This document shows positions 53,741 to 64,000 of a stretch of DNA of 64,000 nt, piece after piece (positions within the stretch are counted from its first letter, which is position 1; the number at the start of each line of letters is the position of its first letter). The notes beneath the pieces are model-generated. The model was not told the origin of the DNA. It made no database searches and was given only the letters and a program-made list of their open reading frames with translations. Source of the stretch: Trichodesmium erythraeum IMS101 (lineage in GTDB: Bacteria > Cyanobacteriota > Cyanobacteriia > Cyanobacteriales > Microcoleaceae); NCBI RefSeq assembly GCF_000014265.1, contig NC_008312.1, positions 2,936,607 through 3,000,606 on the forward strand, written 5' to 3'. A program made the translations under genes and the position numbers.

Positions 53741-54711
53741 CTAAACAACAGAAGCTAGACGATCATCTTCAGATTCAGAAATAGAATCTAGAGCAGCAGT
53801 TATTGGGCTATCTGAGTCCGATCCTTCCAGACCAAACTGATAAGCTTTATTCAGAAAAAAATCTGAACTCTTACTTGGGTAAATAGTCTGATAGCTCTCA
53901 TAATTCCGTGTAGCCATCATCTTAGTGGAATCATCTTCCCAGTTATACCTGATGAGTATATTGAAAGCTGCATCATCTTGATCTGGATAAGGATCAAGAA
54001 AATATATTTGTCGTGCCAGGGTATCTTTAAGAACGCATTTGATTGCTTCTCCTTCATATTCTGGCCAACCTGTGATAGCTCTACTATTTGCCCAAGGTTT
54101 CGGATCGCTCAAACCAAACATTGACATTGTTTGAGTTTTCTTGGTCTTCTGCCTGAGAGTAGTCGTCAATATCATTCCAACTGTATTTTAATCCCGGAAA
54201 AATTAGCTGTGTAGCAACAACACCGGGGCCAGGGAAATTTTTCTGTCCCAAAGTGATCTCCACCATTTGCCTCCAAAACTTTGGAAAAGTAGTGTCAAAA
54301 CAGCTTGGAGTTTTCTGGAATTCTCATCGGCCCCATTTAATTCACATATTTTCTTCTATTACTTTTGAATGTAGGAGAATATGCGCGCCCACCAACTAGG
54401 ACTTGTCCATTTTTTTGTTGGCGAGCTTCATAAATTATGATATCTGTAATTCCTGCTTGATGCAATTCGTAGGTGGCTTTTGCTCCGGGAAAACCAGCTC
54501 CTATTATGGCAACCTTTATACTTGTATCTGTCACATTTGCAAAAGGAGCAGAATTATCTCGTACTAATTGAGGATAATTATAAACAAAGGTATCTACCAT
54601 GGGGGAATATCCCGTATTTAATATGTTTAGTTGCTCTGTTTTTCTAGTAGCTCTTCGACTCTTGGGCTTCAGCTTACCGAAAATACTGCCTACTCCTCTA
54701 AGGGCAGACAA
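53741..54711 (-). pseudogene. Frameshifted/truncated FAD-dependent amine oxidase-like gene
   Basis: Fragment 54337..54711 has the FAD dinucleotide-binding motif VAIIGAGFPGAKATYELHQAGITDIIIYEARQ..GG. Downstream fragments 54084..54266 and 53741..54175 continue in other frames. The total span of about 320 aa is too short for an intact enzyme. Confidence 0.5.
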
Positions 54712-55019
54712 TGATGGAAATTATAAGTAGGCATAATTCAATTCACTACCTTACTTTACACTACAGCAACTGGATATATTATATTTACAGCTATTTTACC
54801 ACTATTTTACCATCAAAGAAAATTAAATAATAGTTAAGTTGCTATTTAAGTTTTTTGTGCGATGAAGGTGTTAGGTTTCAGGTATCAGGTTTTAGGTTTA
54901 AAAATCAACAAATTGATCATATCTTACTACCAAGTCGATTGATTTTAGTCACACCGTTAAATCTCTATAACTTTTTACTTCAATCAATTTTCTATCTTTG
55001 CTTTCTAACTGAAACCTAA

Positions 55020-55480
55020 AATTACTAAACCTACTCAAACTTAAAATATTTGGGAGTGCTAATGGTCAGCTTATAAAAAATTAGAAAGAAAAAAGTCATT
55101 TACCAAAAATACCTTTTTTTGAGGTTTGTCTGATTTTTTTTAGCATCATATTTGAGCAAATATTCGTTAGCGATCGCTACCTACTCAAACTTAAAATATT
55201 TGGGAGTGCTAATGGTCAGCTTATAAAAAATTAGAAAGAAAAAAGTCATTTACCAAAAATACCCTTTTTTGAGGTTTGTCTGATTTTTTTTAGCATTATA
55301 TTTGAGCAAATATTCGTTAGCGATCGCTACCTACTCAAACTTAAAATATTTGGGAGTGCTAATGGTCAGCTTATAAAAAATTAGAAAGAAAAAAGTCATT
55401 TACCAAAAATACCCTTTTTTGAGGTTTGTCTGATTTTTTTTAGCATCATATTTGAGCAAATATTCGTTAGCGATCGCTTC
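55020..55480. repeat. Three tandem copies of a 150-bp HIP1-containing repeat; the last copy overlaps the dndD 3' end
   Basis: Unit (gcgatcgctacctactcaaacttaaaatatttgggagtgctaatggtcagcttataaaaaattagaaagaaaaaagtcatttaccaaaaatacc.tttttttgaggtttgtctgattttttttagcat.atatttgagcaaatattcgttagcgatcgc) at 55031, 55181 and 55331. Confidence 0.85.
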
Positions 55481-57382
55481 TAAATTACGTAGATTTTCTA
55501 CTTCTGATTTACTAATCTCAGTATCAGTAGAAAACAGAATAACTTGATGACTAGCAGCAGGGAAATAACGTTCAACTAAATTTTGACGATGAGAAGAATC
55601 TAACCTACCTAGAGGTGTATCAATAGCCACAGGTAAACGTCTACCAGAAACCCTTGCCAACCCCCATAAAAAAGAAATTGCCAAAAGTTGTTTTTCCCCT
55701 GCAGATATTCGATTTTTAGGAACAAGTTGCCCTTGATTATTATAGAGAAAAAGGGTAAAATTATCAGTATCAATAGCCACGCGATGAACTAAGTCTGATT
55801 TATGCAAAAGATAACGGAAACATTCAGTTACTTCTCTTTCTAATTTATTCAGCTTTTTCAGGGTTAACTTATGTTTAAATAGCTGTAAAGTCTGCTTAAC
55901 TTTTGCAGAAGAATTAATTATATGTTGAATATTGTGACGTTCGATAGTTTCGTCAGTATAACTCAACAATTCTTTCTTAGTTTGAGTAATAGCATCCTCT
56001 AATTTTTTAGAATCACGCTTACTATTTTCATAAGCAACTTCTGCCCTTGCTAACTCAGTTTGTGACTCTTGCAAAGTAGTTGCTAAAATTTCATAAGCTT
56101 CTGGGGGTGCTGCAGCTGCCAATTGCTTTTCCAAAATATCTATCTCTACTTCAAAATCTTTCAGACGAGTTAAACTTTCCCGGGCACTTTTAAGAGAATC
56201 TTCAATCTCATAGCGCAATAAATTTTCTAGTAGAATTAAAGTTTCTTCATCAGCGGACAACCAAGGTTCATTAACTTGATTAATATCATCTTTCAGCGTC
56301 AAATTTTCTTGATTGAGAAACTCTTCAATTTTGCTAATTTTATCAGTAGAAATAGATAAATCATCCAGATAATTAAGTAGACGTTTATCTCTTTCCTGAA
56401 AAGCATCCAAAGCAATTTCTGCTTCATGGCGTAAAATTTCCAAATCACCCTGAGAACTTGCTTGTTCCAAAAGTGGAGAAATTAAAGCTATAGGTAAAGC
56501 TCCCCCAGCAAGTTCAACCATTTCCTGACGAGCATTATCCACATCTAGCTCTGTATCTTTCAACTCTTGTTCTAACTGACTCCTTTCCGCAGCAATTTTC
56601 CCTCCTTCTGAGACGAATTTTCTCATTGCTTTTTTTTGCTTTTGTTGAGATTTTTTTAATTTTTTTTCCAAGTCTATTTTTTTGTCTTTTATCAATTCTA
56701 AATCTGTTTTTTGCTGATTAATTTTTTGTTCAATTTCCTCTAGATTTGCTATTTCTTTAGTCTTAGAAAGTTGTTTCTTTTTCCGAGTAACTAAAATATC
56801 TAAATCTGCTGCCAGACGTTCCGCTAATTCTAATCCCAATAATGACTGAATTGCATCTACAACTAAAGGTGGTGGTGTTTCTAATTCAGCTAATTCTTTT
56901 ACCTGTTCTCCATCAAATAGAAATAGGTTAGAAATTCCTAAAGGTAAAAGATTTTCTATATATTCATCCCAGGTATTTGCTAAGTAATAATCTGGCCATT
57001 CTCCATCAAGAATTCCCAGAGTATCTTTGCCGTCTTTAGGATTTTTTTCCCAGGTACGAACAATACGATATTCTACAATTTGGTCATCTTGAATATGTTC
57101 AAAAGCTAATTCAATACGAGTTTTTTCTGTCGGTGGAGTATTCCGGTTTACGCACTGAGAAAGAAAGTCGCCATAAGTTAAATTTCCCCTAGTTGAACAT
57201 TGGGCACGATGACCGTAAAGTGCAAGGCGAATGGCATCTAAAAGAGTAGTTTTTCCTCCTCCATTCATACCTCCAAATAAGATTATAGGGCAGGGGCGAT
57301 CGCTAAGTGTAGGGCGAAGGTTTATTGTTTGTTTACCGAAGTACGGTCCGAAGTTTTGTAAGACGAGTTCTAAGAATATCAT
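55400..57382 (-). CDS. dndD: DndD-like SMC/ABC-type ATPase of a DNA phosphorothioation (dnd) system
   Basis: The N-terminus MIFLELVLQNFGPYFGKQTINLRP....PIILFGGMNGGGKTTLLDAIRLALYGHRAQCSTRG matches the DndD N-terminal Walker A region. Long coiled-coil middle; C-terminal signature/Walker B region (AISFLWGLA...PVAIDTPLGRLD). 660 aa. Confidence 0.75.
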   Translation of the reverse strand: MIFLELVLQNFGPYFGKQTINLRPTLSDRPCPIILFGGMNGGGKTTLLDAIRLALYGHRAQCSTRGNLTYGDFLSQCVNRNTPPTEKTRIELAFEHIQDDQIVEYRIVRTWEKNPKDGKDTLGILDGEWPDYYLANTWDEYIENLLPLGISNLFLFDGEQVKELAELETPPPLVVDAIQSLLGLELAERLAADLDILVTRKKKQLSKTKEIANLEEIEQKINQQKTDLELIKDKKIDLEKKLKKSQQKQKKAMRKFVSEGGKIAAERSQLEQELKDTELDVDNARQEMVELAGGALPIALISPLLEQASSQGDLEILRHEAEIALDAFQERDKRLLNYLDDLSISTDKISKIEEFLNQENLTLKDDINQVNEPWLSADEETLILLENLLRYEIEDSLKSARESLTRLKDFEVEIDILEKQLAAAAPPEAYEILATTLQESQTELARAEVAYENSKRDSKKLEDAITQTKKELLSYTDETIERHNIQHIINSSAKVKQTLQLFKHKLTLKKLNKLEREVTECFRYLLHKSDLVHRVAIDTDNFTLFLYNNQGQLVPKNRISAGEKQLLAISFLWGLARVSGRRLPVAIDTPLGRLDSSHRQNLVERYFPAASHQVILFSTDTEISKSEVENLRNLEAIANEYLLKYDAKKNQTNLKKGYFW

Positions 57383-59580
57383 TTCAGTTATTAGTTATCA
57401 GTTATCAATACTTATCCCACTCAGTATTCGGCTTGAAATACTGAAGTTTATTTTTTGATTCTTAAGACTTACCTTTTTCCTGTAGAAGGTAAGTCTAACA
57501 AATAAAATTTTAATTTACCCCGTGAGAAATTTTTGCCTTTTATCCAAATTTATTTGGGAAAATATAGGTTTACCAGAAATAAACTTTTCAAAGAAAATTT
57601 TATAGTTACTCCTATATCAGTTATCAGTTATCAATACTTATCCCACTCAGTATTCGGCTTGAAATACTGAAGTTTATTTTTTGATTCTTAAGACTTACCT
57701 TTTTCCTGTACAAGGTAAGTCTAACAAATAAAATTTTAATTTACCCCGTGAGGAATTTTTGCCTTTTATCCAAATTTATTTGGGAAAAGATAGGTTTACC
57801 AGAAATAAACTTTTCAAAGAAAATTTTATAGTTACTCCTATATCAGTTATCAGTTATCAATACTTACCCTACTCAGTATTCGGCTTGAAATACTGAAGTT
57901 TATTTTTTGATTCTTAAGACTTACCTTTTTCCTGTACAAGGTAAGTCTAACAAATAAAATTTTAATTTACCCCGTGAGGAATTTTTGCCTTTTATCCAAA
58001 TTTATTTGGGAAAAGATAGGTTTACCAGAAATAAACTTTTCAAAGAAAATTTTATAGTTACTCCTATATCAGTTATCAGTTATCAATACTTACCCTACTC
58101 AGTATTCGGCTTGAAATACTGAAGTTTATTTTTTGATTCTTAAGACTTACCTTTTTCCTGTAGAAGGTAAGTCTAACAAATAAAATTTTAATTTACCCCA
58201 TGAGGAATTTTTGCCTTTTATCTAAATTTATTTGGGAAAATATAGGTTTACCAGAAATAAACTTTTCAAAGAAAATTTTATAGTTACTCCTATATCAGTT
58301 ATCAGTTATCAATACTCACCCTACTCAGTATTCGGCTTGAAATACTGAAGTTTATTTTTTGATTCTTAAGACTTACCTTTTTCCTGTAGAAGGTAAGTCT
58401 AACAAATAAAATTTTAATTTACCCCGTGAGGAATTTTTGTCTTTTATCTAAATTTATTTGGGAAAATATAGGTTTACCAGAAATAAACTTTTCAAAGAAA
58501 ATTTTATAGTTACTCCTATTTACTATTGCACTTTTTCTGTAGAAGTTAGGTCTAACAAATAGATTTTTTTTCAACAAGAAAAAATTTTGGGATTTCATCT
58601 AGAGGATGAACTGAAAAGATAAAATTTCATATTATCTAAATTTATTTGGGAAAATATAGGTTTACCAGAAATAAACTTTTCAAAGAAAATTTTATAGTTA
58701 CTCCTATTTACTATTGCACTTTTTCTGTAGAAGTTAGGTCTAACAAATAGATTTTTTTTCAACAAGAAAAAATTTTGGGATTTCATCTAGAGGATGAACT
58801 GAAAAGATAAAATTTCATATTATCTAAATTTATTTGGGAAAATATAGGTTTACCAGAAATAAACTTTTCAGAGAAAATTTTATAGTTACTCCTATTTACT
58901 ATTGCACTTTTTCTGTAGAAGTTAGGTCTAACAAATAGATTTTTTTTTCAACAAGAAAAAATTTTGGGATTTCATCTAGAGGATGAACTGAAAAGATAAA
59001 ATTTCATATTATCTAAATTTATTTGGGAAAATATAGGTTTACCAGAAATAAACTTTTCAGAGAAAATTTTATAGTTACTCCTATTTACTATTGCACTTTT
59101 TCTGTAGAAGTTAGGTCTAACAAATAGATTTTTTTTTCAACAAGAAAAAATTTTGGGATTTCATCTAGAGGATGAACTGAAAAGATAAAATTTCATATTA
59201 TCTAAATTTATTTGGGAAAATATAGGTTTACCAGAAATAAACTTTTCAGAGAAAATTTTATAGTTACTCCTATTTACTATTGCACTTTTTCTGTAGAAGT
59301 TAGGTCTAACAAATAGATTTTTTTTTCAACAAGAAAAAATTTTGGGATTTCATCTAGAGGATGAACTGAAAAGATAAAATTTCATATTATCTAAATTTAT
59401 TTGGGAAAATATAGGTTTACCAGAAATAAACTTTTCAGAGAAAATTTTATAGTTACTCCTATTTACTATTGCACTTTTTCTGTAGAAGTTAGGTCTAACA
59501 AATAGATTTTTTTTTCAACAAGAAAAAATTTTGGGATTTCATCTAGAGGATGAACTGAAAAGATAAAATTTCATAATTAC
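57383..59580. repeat. Composite tandem repeat field: 5 copies of a 228-bp unit (57383-58520), then about 6 copies of a 190-bp unit (58480-59580), sharing a common core
   Basis: Unit A contains the hairpins cagtat-TCGGCTTGA-atactg and AGACTTACC-tttttcctgtagaa-GGTAAGTCT. Unit B contains ttttttc-aacaa-gaaaaaa. Shared core is aatttatttgggaaaatataggtttaccagaaataaacttttca.agaaaattttatagttactcctat. Confidence 0.9.
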
Positions 59581-59927
59581 TCCTAACATCAGGAAATAAG
59601 TTATTACAAAAGTGTGTTGATCACTTAATAACTGAAATGTTACCTAAATATAGGATAAATTCATAATAATTGGTATAACAAATAGATTTTTTTTCTTCAA
59701 CAAGAAAAAAATTTTGCCTTTGGCATAAACTCAGAAAAATAAATATTTACCAGATAGAATTGTATCTCTCGGAAAAGCTTTATAAATTCCTAGTCATTAT
59801 AGAATTTTATAGGTAAGAGATAAGTCTTAAAAATATAATTTTATTGTCACTATGTGAGTAATTTTTACCTTTTCTCTTGATTCCAAAAAAATAGAGGTTT
59901 ACTAAACAATAAAATTCTTGCTTATTC

Positions 59928-61484
59928 TCACTCAGTATCTGCCGAAATTTGACGAGAAAACTTCATATTTGCCCAACTTAATTGTTTGATTTTTTCTGAA
60001 ACTTTTCCTCTATCAACAGCTTCTTTGAGGTCTCTTTTATTATGAGCATTTTGAATAGCTTCTTCCTTAGAACGAGAACTTGTTTCAAAACATTGTTCAA
60101 GACTTTCATAAATCTTATACCGGTGAGACTTAATATAATATTGCCGTTCTGTGTCTAACAGTTTTGCCATAAGTTCAAGATGCATCTCATCCTGATTACA
60201 TATTTCTTCTAATACTGACCATTCATCACTACCTAAAAGACTCATTCCTGTACCAGGACGACAGTCTTGAAATTCTTCTCCTATTACTTCTTCATATATA
60301 CGAGGTAAACTATCATCAAACTCGTGTTTTTCTTCTAACCATATGCGTCTAATTTCACTAAGTTCTTCTGAAGAAATTAGAGTAATACCTCGCATATTTT
60401 CTGGAGCATTTTCACGAATTTTGGCTTGAGCTTCTAACAATTTTCTAAGTAAAGTATCTCGCCATTCTTTTTTGTAAGGACCGGGTATTGGTTCTACAGA
60501 AACTTCACCATTTATATTCCGTTCAAAGAGTTGAACTTTTCCCCAAATTCGCCGAAAATCTCTTTTATCTCTGTCAGAAATATCTAGTTCTTGACGCAAA
60601 TTTATTAGAGGTTGTAACCATTCTTTTTCTTCATCATTTTGAATCATTGCTGACATAGATTTATCACTATCTACTAAGGTACAAACCCAACATCCAAAAC
60701 GAGAACTTCCACAACTAGGAGTAGAGGTATCAACCACTAAGGGACATTCATTATCTTCTGTTGCACCTCGATACATTGCTAGTAAATCTTTATTACTATT
60801 TTCCCAAGGATTTTCCCATTGCATTAAATATAGCCAAACTTCATCAGTTCGCCAGTCTTCAATAGGAGTATAAAGCAAAGAATTAAGGAGACTAGGATGA
60901 GGGCTTAGATGGTTTCTTAATCTACCAATTTCTCGTTTATTCATTATTGCTAAACGATTAGCACTTTCTGCTTTACGAGTTCCTAAAACAACTATTGTTT
61001 CCCCATTATTTCTAACAACATTACGAATAAAAAGATTGGATGGATCTATTTTTAAACGGGGAGTACACCAGCGAAATGTATGACGTGGAGCTGGGTATCC
61101 TTTACCAAGTAGTCCTACCCAGTATGTTTGTTTAACTGCTGGTTTTAATAAATGACATTCTATAGGTAGTTTCTGATTTTTTGCAGACTCTTTCATCAAC
61201 TGTAAAGAGTTAGTTACCCAAGCAGAAACAATGGGATTTTCTACTAATGTATCTGTGGTAATAACGTGGATAGTTTTAATTCGTTTTTTTTGGGGAAGTT
61301 CGGCGATCGCATTCCATATAAGCTGCAATGTTGCGGTACTATCTTTACCCCCTGAATATCCAATAACCCAGGGAATAGAATCTAAACAATATAGTTCTTG
61401 AATTTCTGTAGTTAGCTTTTTTATATCTTCTACTAATTGGGTAGTAGTTCTGCTTGGAAATAAAGATTGTTGTGTACCTTTCAT
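59928..61484 (-). CDS. dndC: DndC-like PAPS-reductase/ATP-pyrophosphatase (PP-loop) protein of a dnd system
   Basis: PP-loop SGGKDS in VIGYSGGKDSTATLQLIW. Cys residues are in CTPRLK and GCWVC as in DndC iron-sulfur ligands. 518 aa, typical for DndC. Confidence 0.8.
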   Translation of the reverse strand: MKGTQQSLFPSRTTTQLVEDIKKLTTEIQELYCLDSIPWVIGYSGGKDSTATLQLIWNAIAELPQKKRIKTIHVITTDTLVENPIVSAWVTNSLQLMKESAKNQKLPIECHLLKPAVKQTYWVGLLGKGYPAPRHTFRWCTPRLKIDPSNLFIRNVVRNNGETIVVLGTRKAESANRLAIMNKREIGRLRNHLSPHPSLLNSLLYTPIEDWRTDEVWLYLMQWENPWENSNKDLLAMYRGATEDNECPLVVDTSTPSCGSSRFGCWVCTLVDSDKSMSAMIQNDEEKEWLQPLINLRQELDISDRDKRDFRRIWGKVQLFERNINGEVSVEPIPGPYKKEWRDTLLRKLLEAQAKIRENAPENMRGITLISSEELSEIRRIWLEEKHEFDDSLPRIYEEVIGEEFQDCRPGTGMSLLGSDEWSVLEEICNQDEMHLELMAKLLDTERQYYIKSHRYKIYESLEQCFETSSRSKEEAIQNAHNKRDLKEAVDRGKVSEKIKQLSWANMKFSRQISADTE

Positions 61485-61979
61485 TTTTATAAATATTCTC
61501 GAATTTAGTCAAATTAATTTTCTATGATTATGATCTAAATAGGTTCTAGGGATACTATTGTCAGGTTTGTCTTCTAGATTTTTTTTTAATAAGCAACTAA
61601 AGCTGATTATCGTTCAATATTTTTTTTAATTGAATATTGTATGATTCAATCAATTACAGATAGAATAAAATCGGTTTCTTCTTGGCAATACCATTTTTTT
61701 CTTTTTGTTGATTTCGGTAAAATGTTGACAGTAATGCGCTAATTTTTTTTCTTTTATCCCTTTTTTTTTTAATTATAAAATTAACTATAATAAACATATT
61801 ATTTTGAATAATATCAATATTTATCCCTCATTTTCTATCGGTTACTCTTGACATAATAAATATTATATGATTAGTAAAAAGAACTCTACAATTAATTATT
61901 ATAATAACTCAAAAGTTTTTAAAAACTTTTGTTGACAAAAATTTATATATGTAGTATTTTTCAAAAAAAGATTAAAAAT

Positions 61980-63599
61980 ATGTCCAAAAAATTAATGATA
62001 AAAAAGGCCAATAAACCGACATCAGAAATAGCAAAAGAAATTTTAGAAAATGATAATCGAGAAAAAGAAGCGATCGCTATCCTATTAGACAAACATATAG
62101 GCAAAGACAATAGATTATTAGTACAAAAAACCATGATGGGAAACACAGAAGCTTACATTGGTTCGGTCACTCTAGAATGGTTAGATAGTCGTGTACGCTT
62201 TGCCTCTCAACTACCATTATTTAGGCAAAAATTTGACATAGAAACTGATAATATAATTCGGGATTCAGAAACAATAGATGAAATTCAACAACGACCCTTA
62301 GACTGGTCTCGTCAAGCTCCATTAACTTTATATTTAGCAACTAGAAAATCCCATAAATTTCCGGCAGTATTAGTAGTAATTAGTCCGAGTTGGGTAGATA
62401 ATCCTAAGGCAGAAGAATGGAATAAAAATGGTGAAGCAAATAAATCTGCAACTGATTTTTTTTCCCTAGATTCACAGGGAAAAGTAGGATTATTAGACCT
62501 ACGTTTAGAAGTAGCAGTATTTGCCTTAGATGGTCAACATAGACTGATGGGAATTCAAGGATTAATGGAATTAATAAAAACTGGTAGATTACCAAGATAT
62601 AACAAACAAAAGAAATCAGTAGGTGCAGCAATTACTATTGATGATTTAACTATAACTCATCAGATTGAATTACCAGAAATACAAAAATTAGCTTACGAAC
62701 AAATAGGAATAGAATTTATTCCAGCAGTAGTAAAAGGGGAGACAAGAGCACAAGCACGACGCAGAGTTAGGTCAGTTTTTGCTCATGTAAATTTGACAGC
62801 AGTAAAATTAAGTAAAGGGCAATTAGCATTATTAAATGAAGATGATGGATTTGCTATTGTAGCGAGAAAAATAGCAATTTATCATCCTATTTTAAAGGAG
62901 AAAGATGGTAGAAATCCAAGAATAAATTGGGATAGTGCAACTGTGGCAGCTAACTCTACTGTTTTAACTACTCTCCAAGCATTGCAAGAAATGTCTGAAA
63001 GATATTTAAAACCTCGTTATCCCTATTGGAAACCTTCAGATAGAGGTTTAATTCCTATGCGTCCTGCAGAAGAAGAGCTAGAAGAGGGGGTAGAAGAATT
63101 TATGGTACTTTGGAATTATTTGTCTAATTTGCCTAGTTATTCTAGATTAGAAAATGGCTCTGAAACTTCGGAATTAAGAAGATTTAGTTTTGAGAGAAAA
63201 CCGGGAGAAGGTCATGTTTTGTTCCGCCCTATTGGGCAAATTGCTTTTGCTGAAGCTTTAGGGATTTTAATATATAAAAAAGAATTTTCTCTCAAAGAAG
63301 TTTTTCATAAATTAAATAAGTATGATGTGGATGGTGGTTTGAGTGGAATAGAATTTCCTGACTCAATTTGGTATGGGGTTTTATATGATTTTAATCGGAA
63401 ACGAATGTCGGTAGCTGGTAGAGATTTAGCAATGAGATTATTTATCTATATATTAGGTGGAGTTTCTGACAAAATGGAGCGGGCAGAAGTTCGTCGGCAG
63501 TTGGCGCAAGCAAGACGAGTTGGAGAGGATCAAGCTGTAGATTTTCAGGGTAAGTTTGTCGAATTAAAAAAAGTAGGATTACCTGAAATTTTATATTAA
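61980..63599 (+). CDS. dndB: DndB-like DGQHR-domain protein (ParB-like fold), with a C-terminal extension
   Basis: DGQHR motif in VFALDGQHRLMGIQGL, with the upstream conserved QR block (IQQRPLDWSRQAPLTLYLAT...FPAVLVVISP). Likely start is ATG 61980 (MSKKLMIKK), preceded by TTGACA-17bp-TATTTT at 61932-61960. Confidence 0.75.
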   Translation: MSKKLMIKKANKPTSEIAKEILENDNREKEAIAILLDKHIGKDNRLLVQKTMMGNTEAYIGSVTLEWLDSRVRFASQLPLFRQKFDIETDNIIRDSETIDEIQQRPLDWSRQAPLTLYLATRKSHKFPAVLVVISPSWVDNPKAEEWNKNGEANKSATDFFSLDSQGKVGLLDLRLEVAVFALDGQHRLMGIQGLMELIKTGRLPRYNKQKKSVGAAITIDDLTITHQIELPEIQKLAYEQIGIEFIPAVVKGETRAQARRRVRSVFAHVNLTAVKLSKGQLALLNEDDGFAIVARKIAIYHPILKEKDGRNPRINWDSATVAANSTVLTTLQALQEMSERYLKPRYPYWKPSDRGLIPMRPAEEELEEGVEEFMVLWNYLSNLPSYSRLENGSETSELRRFSFERKPGEGHVLFRPIGQIAFAEALGILIYKKEFSLKEVFHKLNKYDVDGGLSGIEFPDSIWYGVLYDFNRKRMSVAGRDLAMRLFIYILGGVSDKMERAEVRRQLAQARRVGEDQAVDFQGKFVELKKVGLPEILY

Positions 63600-64000
63600 A
63601 GTATGAGTTTATAGAAGTTATATTATTTCACGGAAGTCAAAATTTAGTATACTTTTAATTTAGATGTTGTCTAGCATTTGTATTTTAAGTGTTAATTATC
63701 TTAGGTATTGACTTTTAATTTAGATATATGCCAACTATTTTTTAAGTAAAATATTCATCGTCTCAACTTTTTATTTTTAACTTTTGAGTTTATATATTTA
63801 GCTATTTTAAATAAATACTTTTCCCAAAACTATTCTTAATTTTGATGATCATATTATTCTCTAGGAATATATTCAGATTAGTATCAATAACTAATTCTTA
63901 ATATTCATTTCTTGGAAGTCAAAATTTATGATATAATATTCTTTGTATAATAGTTTTTAGTAAACTAGTAATATAACAATGTTTTTATACCCATTGAAAA

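Noticed and set aside
57231-58786. ORFs 57231..57458 (+) and 58595..58786 (-)
   Set aside because: The first is antisense to the dndD 5' end and runs into repeats. The second lies inside the 190-bp tandem units.
61961-62631. Minus-strand ORFs 61961..62146 and 62404..62631
   Set aside because: Antisense to the dndB-like gene; hydrophobic low-complexity from AT-rich antisense.

Overview
This window looks like an AT-rich cyanobacterial chromosome segment. HIP1 octamers (GCGATCGC) are frequent, STRR-like heptamer repeats are present, and the low coding density, heavy load of long tandem repeats and several decayed genes suggest a Trichodesmium-like filamentous cyanobacterium. Roughly half the window codes for protein. 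Housekeeping genes I can support are the C-terminal half of a split-intein DnaE (the Int-C fragment joined to the extein at ...ASN|CFNKSHS), proB, cysC, a wza/wzc-like polysaccharide export pair, an aldehyde dehydrogenase, a TPP-dependent acetolactate-synthase-like enzyme, a family-5 ABC substrate-binding protein, a flavin reductase, a Gfo/Idh/MocA oxidoreductase, an M48 peptidase whose 3' end runs into a tRNA-Leu(CAA), a RodZ-like protein and a small hli gene that the ORF track missed. Accessory content has three main parts. (1) A 2194-aa repetitive surface protein with 7 FG-GAP blades, 9 Kre9/KNH-like Ser/Thr-rich modules, 6 Calx-beta domains and a PPC domain. (2) A 1204-aa flotillin/SPFH-like + vWA + Hanks-type kinase fusion. 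It is followed after a single in-frame TAA by a GUN4 domain, preceded by a small paralogous ORF, and sits next to a divergent MIF-type tautomerase gene. This is a TerY-P-like signalling module and my best candidate for an undescribed system. (3) A DNA phosphorothioation (dnd) locus of unusual architecture: dndB divergent from dndC; 2.5 kb of hairpin-rich tandem repeats between dndC and dndD; the dndD 3' end built from repeat sequence; and no dndE or dndFGH visible. More than 12 kb is tandem or interspersed repeat. This includes telomere-like (TTTTAGG)n tracts, a 98-bp HIP1-containing array of about 17 copies, 190-bp and 228-bp arrays, and a 29-bp palindromic array. There is also a truncated IS200/IS605 tnpB relic and at least two multi-frame pseudogenes. 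All calls rest on reading motifs in the supplied translations and sequence; no database search was run.
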